64,000 nucleotides of DNA, taken from contig OZ218778.1 of assembly GCA_965112635.1 (NCBI GenBank), positions 608,001 through 672,000 of the forward strand, read 5' to 3'. Shown piece after piece: positions 55,527 to 64,000 of this stretch. Every line of letters begins with the position of its first letter. Position 1 is the stretch's first letter. The position numbers and the translations under genes are program-made. The stretch comes from an uncultured bacterium. Its GTDB lineage: Bacteria; Oederibacteriota; Oederibacteriia; Oederibacteriales; Oederibacteriaceae. The notes beneath the pieces are model-generated. The model saw nothing but the letters and a program-made list of their open reading frames with translations, was not told the DNA's origin and did no database searches.

Positions 55527-56174
55527 TTATCTTGAAATGCCCACCCCGACCCTGGCACAAAAGGTTTTTAATTTACACTGGCTGCAAAAGGGAGAGATGG
55601 GCCGGCAAAAATTCTGGCCAAAAGTGACCAGCAGGTCGTTGATGGGGATCCAGTACGGTTTGGGGAGTTTTTTCCGCAAAGCCCATTCGGTTTGCTCGGG
55701 AGTCTTGGTTTTGACATAACCCCAGCGGTTGCAGATGCGATGCACATGGGTGTCCACGCAAATACCCGGTTTGTGGAATCCTACGGTCATCACCAGATTG
55801 GCGGTTTTCCTCCCGACGCCCGGAAAGGTCAACAGGGTGTCCAGGTCAGCCGGGACTTTTCCCCGGAACTGCTTGAGCAGCAGCGCGCATATCTCCTTGA
55901 TCCGCTTGGCTTTGGTGTGATAGAACCCCACGGGATAAATGGCTCGTTCGATGGTCTGGCGTGACAGTTTTCCTATGGCTAGAGGGGTCTGGGCTAGGTT
56001 AAAAAGTTTTTGGCTGGCTTTAGCCGTGGTTTTATCCTGCGTCCTTAAAGAAAGAAGGCAGGAAATTAAAACTTTAAAGGGTGAAACCTTGTAATGCCCC
56101 ACGATAGGCTCCACCCACTGTTTAACTTCCTGCCTTAGGATCCTGACAGCCTGGTGGATATCCTGGTCTCTCAT
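55527..56174 (-). CDS. nth: Endonuclease III
   Basis: LSLRTQD, PGVGRKTAN (HhH), VDTHVHR, CRPISPFCSQCKLKTFC 4Fe-4S motif. Confidence 0.95.
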   Translation of the reverse strand: MRDQDIHQAVRILRQEVKQWVEPIVGHYKVSPFKVLISCLLSLRTQDKTTAKASQKLFNLAQTPLAIGKLSRQTIERAIYPVGFYHTKAKRIKEICALLLKQFRGKVPADLDTLLTFPGVGRKTANLVMTVGFHKPGICVDTHVHRICNRWGYVKTKTPEQTEWALRKKLPKPYWIPINDLLVTFGQNFCRPISPFCSQCKLKTFCARVGVGISR

Positions 56175-56211
56175 GAGCTTGCTTTTTCACGTAATGGATT
56201 GGGCATGGGGG

Positions 56212-56775
56212 CTACTCTTTTCTGGAGTACTTTCCCATCAACTGCCCCTGATCCAAAATATGCCCTTCCATGGTTTTGACGAGCTCTTTTTTACTGGCTC
56301 CTGGCTCCAGAGAGAGCAAACATTTGAGCGCGTAAATCTTGAAAAAGTACCGGTGCGTCCCGCCGGGAGGACATGGCCCACTGTAACCCAGCTTGCTGGA
56401 ATCATTGATCCCCTGGATCGCTTTGTTGGGCAGCACCTTATTGTTGGGGACTCCTTCAGACAATTCCGTGATCTCAGGGGGGATATTGTACATCACCCAG
56501 TGGACCCAGGTGCCGCTGGGAGCATCCGGGTCATCGCATATCAGGGCCAGGCTCTTGGTCCCTACGGGGATGCCGCTCCAGGATAGGGCGGGTGACAGGT
56601 TTTTGCCGTCACAGGTGTTTTGAGCCGGAATGGGCTCGCCTTCTTTGAAAGCCGCGCTGGTGATCTTGATGGCCATTTTCTTAAAACCTCCCTTTTTCGA
56701 GATCGCATGGACCGATGCTGCTAAACCCAAGATCAGCAACAAGCTGATCAGGATTGATGGCGCCTTCCCTTTCAC
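56212..56775 (-). CDS. YbhB/YbcL (PEBP/Raf kinase inhibitor-like) protein
   Basis: SPALSW, DDPDAP..WVHW, YSGPCPP..HRYFFKIYAL; internal ATG at 56676. Confidence 0.92.
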   Translation of the reverse strand: MKGKAPSILISLLLILGLAASVHAISKKGGFKKMAIKITSAAFKEGEPIPAQNTCDGKNLSPALSWSGIPVGTKSLALICDDPDAPSGTWVHWVMYNIPPEITELSEGVPNNKVLPNKAIQGINDSSKLGYSGPCPPGGTHRYFFKIYALKCLLSLEPGASKKELVKTMEGHILDQGQLMGKYSRKE

Positions 56776-56867
56776 GGTAACAACCTCACCAAACATTAGT
56801 TTTGACCAGCATTAAAAGTACCTAAATCCCATCCAAATCGTCAAGAATCAATTTCCGGGCGCCGGGT

Positions 56868-57917
56868 TCAGGACCACATACCGGCGATTTTAGTCGAGCA
56901 ATGCGGGCACAGACCATCCCTTACCTGGTTCTCCAGGACGGTGAACCCGTGGCGCTTGACGACCGTCTTTTTGCAATGGGGGCAAAAGGTGTTTTCATAG
57001 GTCTCCACCTGGCCTGGAATATTACCCGCATAAACATAATGCAGGCCTGTTTGATACCCAGCCTCCACGGCCTGGATCAGTTGCCCTGCCGTGGGTGAAG
57101 CCGTGGACTGCATCTTGTAATCCCCATGGAACGAGGTGACATGCCAGGGAATGTCTGGCGACACGGAGCGGATGAATTCCGCCATCTCTTGGAGTTCCTT
57201 CTTGTCGTCGTTGAAACCGGGGACAATCAGGGTGACGAGCTCCACCCAAAATCCTTTTTCATAAAGTTGCCGGATGGTGTCCAGGACGATCTTTAGGTTC
57301 CCTCCCAGTTTCCTGTAGTTTTTGTCCTGGAATGTCTTGAGGTCCACTTTGAAACAATCCAGCCATGGTTTTAATTCTTCGATGATCCGTGGATTGGCGT
57401 TTCCGTTGGAGATGTATGCGGTCTTGAGTCCATGCTGCTTGGCGCCTTTAAATATTTCTACAGCCCACTCGCTGGTGATCAGGGGCTCGTTGTAGGTGCT
57501 GGCCACGATCTGAGAATCTGTTTGTAGAGCCAGGTCGATGATCTCCGCGGAACTGATGGAACGCGGGGATCCTCCAGACTCCTCGTCTTTTAAGACCTGG
57601 GAAATGACCCAGTTTTGGCAAAAATCGCAGTGAAAGTTACATCCCAACATGCCAAAACTAAGCGCCTTGGAGCCCGGCAGCACATGGTACAAAGGTTTTT
57701 TTTCCACGGGGTCCGCGTTCAGCGATTCCACGTACTCTTTAGGGACGAAAAGTTTCCCGTTCTCATTGAAGCGGACCTTGCATACCCCCTCTTTGCCTTC
57801 CATGACCACGCATTCGTGCCCGCAAGCAAAGCATTTGACCCGGCCATCAGCCTGGGCAACATAATATTCACCGGGATGGGCCAGGTCCCTGAGGGTTTTT
57901 TCCAATTTAGTCTTCAT
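56868..57917 (-). CDS. amrS: AmmeMemoRadiSam system radical SAM enzyme
   Basis: DPVEKKPLYH, GCNFHCDFCQNW, TYNEP, YAGNIPG, NTFCPHC. Confidence 0.9.
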   Translation of the reverse strand: MKTKLEKTLRDLAHPGEYYVAQADGRVKCFACGHECVVMEGKEGVCKVRFNENGKLFVPKEYVESLNADPVEKKPLYHVLPGSKALSFGMLGCNFHCDFCQNWVISQVLKDEESGGSPRSISSAEIIDLALQTDSQIVASTYNEPLITSEWAVEIFKGAKQHGLKTAYISNGNANPRIIEELKPWLDCFKVDLKTFQDKNYRKLGGNLKIVLDTIRQLYEKGFWVELVTLIVPGFNDDKKELQEMAEFIRSVSPDIPWHVTSFHGDYKMQSTASPTAGQLIQAVEAGYQTGLHYVYAGNIPGQVETYENTFCPHCKKTVVKRHGFTVLENQVRDGLCPHCSTKIAGMWS

Positions 57918-57998
57918 AAGCAAGGATTGTTCCTCCAAAACAAACCGAAAACCTTGGCAAGGTTGCTTCCTGGGCTGATCAGGTTAAAAGAGGTAAGA

Positions 57999-58637
57999 CT
58001 AGGCGATCCGTTCAAGTCCTGCGCTGCGTTGGGCCGTGCTTTGCGTGGTACGGTTCATAGCCAGGTTTAAAGTCCGCAAGGTTTCTGCCAGGGTCCGCGG
58101 TCCGGCACCGGCCTGACCTTGGTTAAAACGCTGTGCGGTGGCTGCCTGGGCCAGGAACTGTTGAGTGGTCTGTGGCGCGGGCCTGACGGCTGTCTGGACA
58201 GCCACCCGGGCCGCCTGGGGAGCTCCTGCAGGCCTTACGGTTATATGAGGAGCGATTTGCTGGCCTTGTCTTACGATAGACTGGTTTTCATCCTGGTTGA
58301 CCTGTTGGCTGGGATTAGTTTGGATTGGCGCAGTCCCGACTTGATGGGTTGAGGTTTGTCCGGTCACAGCCATTAAATTTTTTTGGGTTTGCTCGATTCT
58401 CTGCCCTGTGATTCGGGCAGGGTTCAAGGCCGTACGCAGTGCCCCTGTCACCAGGATACCCCTGTTGGTTGGAGCCAATCCTGCCAGGGCAGTCCCTTGC
58501 AAACCGGTTTGGTTCTGCAAAATCTTCTGTTCATCCGTTTTTTGCTGCGAATTGGGTTGATAATTGGGCGTTTGGTCATGCCTGACTTGCTCTTGGGCCT
58601 TTCTACTTAGGAAAGAAGTGACTGGGTTTATGTCCAT
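57999..58637 (-). CDS. Gln/Thr/Ala-rich low-complexity hypothetical protein
   Basis: ATG with AAGGAAG upstream; fills the intergenic space; no recognisable domain. Confidence 0.55.
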   Translation of the reverse strand: MDINPVTSFLSRKAQEQVRHDQTPNYQPNSQQKTDEQKILQNQTGLQGTALAGLAPTNRGILVTGALRTALNPARITGQRIEQTQKNLMAVTGQTSTHQVGTAPIQTNPSQQVNQDENQSIVRQGQQIAPHITVRPAGAPQAARVAVQTAVRPAPQTTQQFLAQAATAQRFNQGQAGAGPRTLAETLRTLNLAMNRTTQSTAQRSAGLERIA

Positions 58638-58697
58638 AGTTTTTCTTCCTTTCTCTATTAAATTATATCACCCCAAAAAAAAACATACAAGGTAATG

Positions 58698-58725
58698 AAA
58701 AAACACTGATTTTCTGGTGTTTTTT
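58698..58725 (-). terminator. Terminator after the tRNA pair
   Basis: AAAAAACACTGA..TGGTGTTTTTT hairpin with T-tracts on both strands. Confidence 0.6.
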
Positions 58726-58775
58726 GGTTTTCTAAAATCCAAAATATAATGGCCTCTGCTATCGGGGATAAAGGA

Positions 58776-58850
58776 TGGAGCGGGAGACGGGGTTCGAACC
58801 CGCGACACCCAGCTTGGAAGGCTGGAACTCTACCACTGAGTTACTCCCGC
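58776..58850 (-). tRNA. tRNA-Gly(TCC)
   Basis: GCGGGAG acceptor stem, CCAGC-CTTCCAA-GCTGG anticodon arm, GGTTCGAACC, CCA end. Confidence 0.97.
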
Positions 58851-58870
58851 TTTATTTGGGATCTTGGTTA

Positions 58871-58957
58871 TGGTGGGGAGAGGAGGAATCGAACCTCCGG
58901 AGGTCTAAGACCGACGGATTTACAGTCCGTTGCAATTGACCGCTCTGCCATCTCCCC
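58871..58957 (-). tRNA. tRNA-Tyr(GTA)
   Basis: GGGGAGA acceptor stem, ACGGA-CTGTAAA-TCCGT anticodon arm, long variable arm, GGTTCGATTCC, CCA end. Confidence 0.97.
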
Positions 58958-58983
58958 ATCCAATTCATCTTTAAGAGGTGGCC

Positions 58984-59012
58984 ATTTTACTATGCTTTGG
59001 GCCGGCACTCAA
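58984..59012 (-). promoter_or_regulatory. tRNA operon promoter
   Basis: TTGAGT, 17-nt spacer, TAAAAT, then a GC-rich discriminator GGCCACC. Confidence 0.55.
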
Positions 59013-59037
59013 TAGCCGCAAAAATTTGCTGATCCGG

Positions 59038-61095
59038 TTACCTTCTGGGGATCACGGCGATGATCCTGGCCTCAGCGGATTGGAAAACAGGCTGGAAAAG
59101 GTATTTATCCGTCTTTTTCAAAGAAAACTTGGATCCTTTGTCCAGCCAACAGTAACCTATCTTGTATCCTTCAATAATTTTCTCGGCCGTCCTGGGATCT
59201 TGGGTGCTGAAAAGTTGTCCCAAAGGTGGCAGGTCCTTTTTAAAAGCCCTGTTGGGATTTTTTCTTTCGCAAAGATAGGATTTGACCCGCCAATCGTTTT
59301 CGATGAGTACCCTGGCGTCCCAAGGCGTGCTTTCCCTGATGAATTTTGCCGCCTCCCTGATAGAGGCGCTGTTCTGATGTCTCATCCCCTGTTCAACGAA
59401 CTGGTTCAAATTAATGCCGTTGAGGACATAAAATGCCCCAAAACAGATCAAAAGGATCAAAGAGGTTGTTTTGGCCAGGATTTTTTTACCAGCTAGCTGC
59501 TTGACCAGGTATCCCAAGAACCCGGCGGTAGCAAACCCTGCAAAGTAATAAGAGATCTCCGCGAACCTGGCTGTATTAAAAGCTTCCGGAGAGGTCATTT
59601 CCACAAAACCAAAATAGATGAAATATCCCGCCAGGATATTCCACCCCAAAAGAACCAAGACAATTTTTTGGTCACCGCGCAAAAGTTTCAGGATTTGTCT
59701 CAGCCAGCCCAAACAGATCCAATGCGGAAAAGTAGCCCCCAAAATATAAAGTGGGATCAGCACTGCCCCGCTAAGGGCCTCTAGCCCTTTTATTTCTGGA
59801 TAATATCTTTGGAAAAAAAACATGCAGCGTGGAACATAGAAGAATGGATGCCAACTAATCCACTCAACAGCCCCGTATTCCGCAGGGCCGATAAATCTGA
59901 AGATCTGCATCAGGAATGGCAAGGAACAGGCGAGCAGAATAAGAAAAGCCCGGGCCAGCCTCGCCGAGTCTAGGCGGGCCAGCCTCAAACTCTTATCCCG
60001 GATAAAATAAAAAAGCGCGGTCAGTCCAAGGCCCGCCAGCATCATATAAGCATCGGGGTTTTTGATCTTTAAGACCGCGGCCATCAGGATACCCATCAAT
60101 AAAGCCTCCCCTGTCCTAGCAGAGCGCAAATACCTCATCAAAAATATCAAAGCGGTCAGGGTCCCCAGCAATCCGACAAGCTGTCCCGGACTTTCGAAAA
60201 AAATAATGGATGGTGACGCTACTAAAGTTTGATACATCGCCTCACCGTCAGTGCCCAGCAAAGCGCCTGTCCTGAACCAATGGAATATTTCTGCCGTAAG
60301 ATGGCCGGCATCCTGGCACATGAACAGGGTCACAACCGCCAGTAATCCGACTCCCTGGGAACCAAAAAGCCGTGCAGCGAACAAATAGATCGCCACAATG
60401 AGCAAGGCGAGGTTATATCCCTGGGTCAAGTCATACGCGGGCATCAACGGCAGACCTAGCCACTTTGACAAAAGGGCTGGAAAAACACTGGCCAGGTGGT
60501 GTTCGACGTAGGGTTTTCCCGGAGGGAGCGGATTTTCAGGCGGGATATGGTTCCTCAACTCAGCAGCATAGGAAAAATGCCATGGCATATCGCCATATCT
60601 CGAGGTGATCACCGCGTCGTTATTGAACATAACGCCCTGGATACCCCACTGATAAAAAATAACGATGAAAATCAGTAAAAATAATAAGGACATTGTGGAC
60701 AGTTTTGCCTCCGGCAAGCTGGGCCTTGTCCTGACCAAGTCTATCAATGCCAAAAGATCAAGGACGCCGGCAATAACAAAATAAAGGAATTCGATATGGA
60801 GCAACCCGCAAACATAATAGATGAGGGATCCCCCGAAATATCCCAGGCTGAGCGCTAACAGGATGTTTTCGCCCAATGAGTTACGGGGACTGATTTTATG
60901 GATAAGGAAAAGACAGGGAACCAGGCAGGCCAGGACCACAAAGAGCAGGAACTTTATAAGATCGACCGGCTGGACCGTTCCGTTGGCCTGGAGCAGCAGG
61001 CCAGTGGCGCCGAGGCCCAGGATCAAACCTATGAGAATCTTACAAAAGGAAAGTTTGATCTGCGATGGGTTATGTTGTATTTTCTGCTGGGGCAA
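59038..61095 (-). CDS. Large polytopic membrane protein, GT-C-like glycosyltransferase
   Basis: Many TMs; loop GDMPWHFSYAAEL..PPENP..G.PY; C-terminal FIRESTP.DARV. TTG 61095 follows GGAG. Confidence 0.6.
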   Translation of the reverse strand: MPQQKIQHNPSQIKLSFCKILIGLILGLGATGLLLQANGTVQPVDLIKFLLFVVLACLVPCLFLIHKISPRNSLGENILLALSLGYFGGSLIYYVCGLLHIEFLYFVIAGVLDLLALIDLVRTRPSLPEAKLSTMSLLFLLIFIVIFYQWGIQGVMFNNDAVITSRYGDMPWHFSYAAELRNHIPPENPLPPGKPYVEHHLASVFPALLSKWLGLPLMPAYDLTQGYNLALLIVAIYLFAARLFGSQGVGLLAVVTLFMCQDAGHLTAEIFHWFRTGALLGTDGEAMYQTLVASPSIIFFESPGQLVGLLGTLTALIFLMRYLRSARTGEALLMGILMAAVLKIKNPDAYMMLAGLGLTALFYFIRDKSLRLARLDSARLARAFLILLACSLPFLMQIFRFIGPAEYGAVEWISWHPFFYVPRCMFFFQRYYPEIKGLEALSGAVLIPLYILGATFPHWICLGWLRQILKLLRGDQKIVLVLLGWNILAGYFIYFGFVEMTSPEAFNTARFAEISYYFAGFATAGFLGYLVKQLAGKKILAKTTSLILLICFGAFYVLNGINLNQFVEQGMRHQNSASIREAAKFIRESTPWDARVLIENDWRVKSYLCERKNPNRAFKKDLPPLGQLFSTQDPRTAEKIIEGYKIGYCWLDKGSKFSLKKTDKYLFQPVFQSAEARIIAVIPRR

Positions 61096-61124
61096 GCCTG
61101 ACTCTCCCTTAATAGACCTGATAG

Positions 61125-61259
61125 ATGGTGCGAGGGGGGGAGTTGCCTTACGGTCATCGCTCTTTCGAGTGATGCCTCCAGGCTGGGCTCGCTGTCCACC
61201 CTCCGGGTGCCGGACAGCTCCGCCCTTCAACTCCCCCAAGCAAACGCTTCCACGTTTGC
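61125..61259 (-). other. tRNA-Leu 3'-end duplication embedded in a multi-hairpin element (att-like scar or structured RNA)
   Basis: 61125-61145 repeats 61308-61329 with one G fewer; 10-bp outer stem 61136-61145/61228-61237 encloses three hairpins. Confidence 0.7.
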
Positions 61260-61308
61260 CTATTATGACTCGCTAATCTTTTGTTTTGCTGATACTTCAC
61301 CAATGTAA

Positions 61309-61392
61309 TGGTGCGAGGGGGGGGAGTTGAACCCCCACCCGGTTAAGGACTGGATCCTAAGTCCAGCGCGTCTGCCATTCCGCCACCCTCGC
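61309..61392 (-). tRNA. tRNA-Leu(TAG)
   Basis: GCGAGGG acceptor stem, CTGGA-CTTAGGA-TCCAG anticodon arm, variable arm, GGTTCAACTCC, CCA end. Confidence 0.96.
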
Positions 61393-61460
61393 TTAGGCCT
61401 GCAAAAATATTATAGCGCGTTTCCTTACAGGCCTAAGCGCATCGAAAAGCTATTCGATGC
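61391..61460. repeat. 48-bp inverted repeat plus adjacent hairpin upstream of tRNA-Leu
   Basis: GCTTAGGCCTG..CAGGCCTAAGC (61391-61438), then GCATCGAA-AAGCTA-TTCGATGC. Confidence 0.55.
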
Positions 61461-61540
61461 TGCAACCAATTACTTTCAAACCTAATATTACTTTACCTTT
61501 GAGCAGATTTACACTCCAGATTATATCCATGAAGGCTCAT

Positions 61541-61584
61541 TTGACGCCCTCCGGAAAGTTTAATATAATACCTGAACTTTTCCG
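61541..61584 (+). promoter_or_regulatory. Sigma70 promoter of the alpha-mannosidase with candidate operator
   Basis: TTGACG, 17-nt spacer, TATAAT; imperfect inverted repeat CGGAAAGTT..AACTTTTCCG flanks the -10 box. Confidence 0.6.
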
Positions 61585-61612
61585 ACCTCAATGAATGTTT
61601 GAAAGGGGACCT

Positions 61613-64000
61613 ATGGATAGAGTCGAGGTTTTACTGGCGGAAGCCAAGAAAAAATACGCTTTCGGTTATTGGGCCGAGCGATTCATCGCCGAGATGCAAT
61701 ATCTGCGGGAGATCTCCAAGCTTCAGAAAGACCGCCTGGACGGCCAGATCGCGGAACAGCTGGAGGCGGTCCTCAAAAGCGCCCGGCAGGACGGCGCCAT
61801 CGTCAAAGCCTCGGTCCTCAACGCTGAGCATTCCCTCGCCTCCCTGGAAAAAGAAGCCAAAAAATACACCCTCAACTGCATCGGCCACGCCCACATCGAT
61901 ATGAACTGGATGTGGCGTTGGGACGAGACGGTCGGTATTGCTCTTGAGACTTTTCGCACGGTCCTGGACCTGATGCAGGAATACCCCGCTTTTACCTTTG
62001 GCCAGTCGCAGGCCTCGGTCTACAAAATTGTCGAGACTTACGCTCCGGCCATGCTGGACGAGATCAAGTTCCGCATCGAGCAGGGCCAATGGGAGGTTTT
62101 GGCCTCCCACTGGGTCGAGGCGGACAAGAACATGCCCAGCGAAGAAAGTTTCGCCCGCCATCTCCTCTACACCAGAAAATACATGACCAACCTCTTAGGG
62201 TTGGACCCGCAAAGCCTGGATATTGACTTTGAGCCGGATACTTTCGGTCACAGCCTCCACGTCCCCGAGATCCTGGCTTCCGGCGGCGTGAAGTATTACT
62301 ACCATTGCCGGGGTGGCCAAGAGCACGTTCTTTACCGTTGGTTCGCGCCTTCAGGCCGGTCTGTCCTGGTTATGCAGGAACCTTACGGATACAACAATGT
62401 CATCAGGGCCGATTTCGGCGTATGCGTCCCGGCTTTTTGCGCCAAACATGGCCTAGACAACATGCTCCGCATCTATGGGGTGGGCGACCACGGCGGAGGC
62501 CCAACCCGCAAGGACCTAGCCATGTTTACGGACATGGCTTCGTGGCCTCTTTATCCTCAGACCACATTTGGAACCTTTAAAAAATTCTTCAAGGATGCCG
62601 AGGTCCGCGAGAAAAAAACCAAGCTTCCTGAAATAAAAATAGAACGGAACTTTATCTTTACAGGCTGTTATACTTCGCAGTCGCGGGTCAAAAAAGCCAA
62701 CCGTCTTGGGGAAGCCGCCTTGCAAGAATCCGAGGCCCTGTGCACTTTTGCCTCCCTGTTCGGTCAGGCTCCGGCCCCGGATAGGACCATGTTCGAGACG
62801 GGTTGGACTAACATCCTTTTCAACCAGTTCCACGACATCCTGCCCGGCTCCCACATCATGGATACCAGGGAATACGCCATGGGTCGTTTCCAGGATACCT
62901 TGGCTATCACTTCCTCGCAAAAGATCCTGGCCATGCGGGCCATCGCCAATCATGTCAACACTTCTGCTTGGATTGAAGAACCGGGCAACCTTCTGGAATC
63001 GGAGTCCGAAGGCGCCGGCGTCGGTTTTGGCATCGATGACTTCAAGATCTCCCAGACCGGCCGGGGACAGGGCCCAACCCGTGTTTTCCTTGTTTTCAAC
63101 CCCTCCACCTTCAACCGCGAAGAGAACACGGAATTCGTGGTGTGGGACTGGCACTATGACCTACGCAGGATCTCATTCCAGGACAGCGAAGGCAAACCCG
63201 TGACCCACCAGCTCCTCACCTCCGATCAGACCAACTACTGGGGCCATAAATTTATCCGCGTGCTGGTCAAGGTCAAAGTGCCTGCCTGCGGCTACAACAC
63301 TTATATCCTCAAAGAAAAGCCAGCCCAGGCCCAACCCATCAAATCCTCTTTGGAAGACCCTTTGAACAATGGCTTACGGGAATTCCCAGATACTTTTGTC
63401 CTGGAGAACAAACACCTCAAAGCGGTTTTTAGTGTCCAAAACGCCTCTCTGGTCTCCCTTTTGGATAAGACAACCGGAGAGCAAATGACCGATTCCGCGA
63501 ATGTTACCGGTGTGTTCCGTCTGGTCGAGGAGGATGCTTGCAAGGGCATGTCCGCTTGGTTCACGGGCAGGTACATGAACGTTCATCCCTTGGTGGAGAA
63601 CATCAAGATGTCGTCCATACCTGAGGCTAAAGGCCCTTTGAGGCAGTCTTTTTACTACGAAGTTAATTTTGGGAGGTCGAAGCTCAAAGCAACGGTTTCC
63701 CTGGATGACAACCAACCTAGGCTGCACTACGGCGTGGAGGTGGACTGGTTGGAAGTGGGCAAACCCAACGATCGGATACCCCAGCTCAGCTTTTATCTAG
63801 GCCTGCCCTACCCCTGCACCCAGTACCAGTACGGTGTGCCCATGGGTACTCTGGTCCGCGAACCCATGGATATGGAAATGCCTTCCTTGGGTTGGGCCAT
63901 GGCCCTGCGCAAAGAAAAGAGCAAAACCCGCCTAATGCTTTCCAGCGACACCAAGTACGGTTACCGGGGCGACGGTAAAAGCCTGGCTGTTTGCTTGATC
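61613..64000 (+). CDS. GH38 alpha-mannosidase; truncated by the right window edge
   Basis: Absent from the ORF track. Hand translation from ATG 61613 gives IGHAHIDMNWMW, EPDTFGH, YGVGDHGGGPT, NQFHDILPGS. Confidence 0.92.
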   Translation, partial: MDRVEVLLAEAKKKYAFGYWAERFIAEMQYLREISKLQKDRLDGQIAEQLEAVLKSARQDGAIVKASVLNAEHSLASLEKEAKKYTLNCIGHAHIDMNWMWRWDETVGIALETFRTVLDLMQEYPAFTFGQSQASVYKIVETYAPAMLDEIKFRIEQGQWEVLASHWVEADKNMPSEESFARHLLYTRKYMTNLLGLDPQSLDIDFEPDTFGHSLHVPEILASGGVKYYYHCRGGQEHVLYRWFAPSGRSVLVMQEPYGYNNVIRADFGVCVPAFCAKHGLDNMLRIYGVGDHGGGPTRKDLAMFTDMASWPLYPQTTFGTFKKFFKDAEVREKKTKLPEIKIERNFIFTGCYTSQSRVKKANRLGEAALQESEALCTFASLFGQAPAPDRTMFETGWTNILFNQFHDILPGSHIMDTREYAMGRFQDTLAITSSQKILAMRAIANHVNTSAWIEEPGNLLESESEGAGVGFGIDDFKISQTGRGQGPTRVFLVFNPSTFNREENTEFVVWDWHYDLRRISFQDSEGKPVTHQLLTSDQTNYWGHKFIRVLVKVKVPACGYNTYILKEKPAQAQPIKSSLEDPLNNGLREFPDTFVLENKHLKAVFSVQNASLVSLLDKTTGEQMTDSANVTGVFRLVEEDACKGMSAWFTGRYMNVHPLVENIKMSSIPEAKGPLRQSFYYEVNFGRSKLKATVSLDDNQPRLHYGVEVDWLEVGKPNDRIPQLSFYLGLPYPCTQYQYGVPMGTLVREPMDMEMPSLGWAMALRKEKSKTRLMLSSDTKYGYRGDGKSLAVCLI

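Noticed and set aside
61096-61239. N-terminal extension of ORF 59038..61239
   Set aside because: It runs through the structured element; TTG 61095 has a proper SD.
61125-61240. Second tRNA or tmRNA
   Set aside because: No D-arm or anticodon arm and too short for tmRNA; only the 3' end is tRNA-derived.
1-64000. CRISPR array, prophage or intact IS
   Set aside because: No regularly spaced direct repeats, and no cas, phage, integrase or transposase genes were seen.

Overview
A densely coding, mostly minus-strand chromosomal segment from a diderm bacterium. SLH-anchored outer-membrane proteins, a PorV-family barrel with a CTD-like neighbour and Pro/Thr linkers suggest a poorly characterised candidate lineage outside Bacteroidota (inference only). 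Recognisable core content: argS, class II fba, hflX, Rrf2-sufCBDSUT, moeB-rhodanese, bcp, queD, larB/larC, rsmI, nth, AmmeMemoRadiSam radical SAM, ccdA-TlpA, tRNA-Tyr/Gly/Leu and a GH38 alpha-mannosidase running off the right edge. No integrase, transposase or CRISPR array is visible. The most interesting signals are: (1) a family of 47-50 bp TAA..TTA inverted-repeat elements plus nested, covarying WTGA/TCAW-loop twin hairpins in intergenic regions; (2) two large SLH-barrel proteins clustered with three CBM-like lipoproteins; (3) an uncharacterised four-gene envelope module (Ig-Ig-barrel, FecR-like, Fn3-like, DUF5683-like) between larB and larC; (4) a tRNA-Leu-derived multi-hairpin element ending in CCA; (5) a PorV-family gene coupled to a cargo-less CTD protein; (6) a membrane RsbW-HAMP-SpoIIE fusion with STAS, degenerate GGDEF and HD-GYP genes. 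All family calls come from motif recognition by eye, not from database searches.
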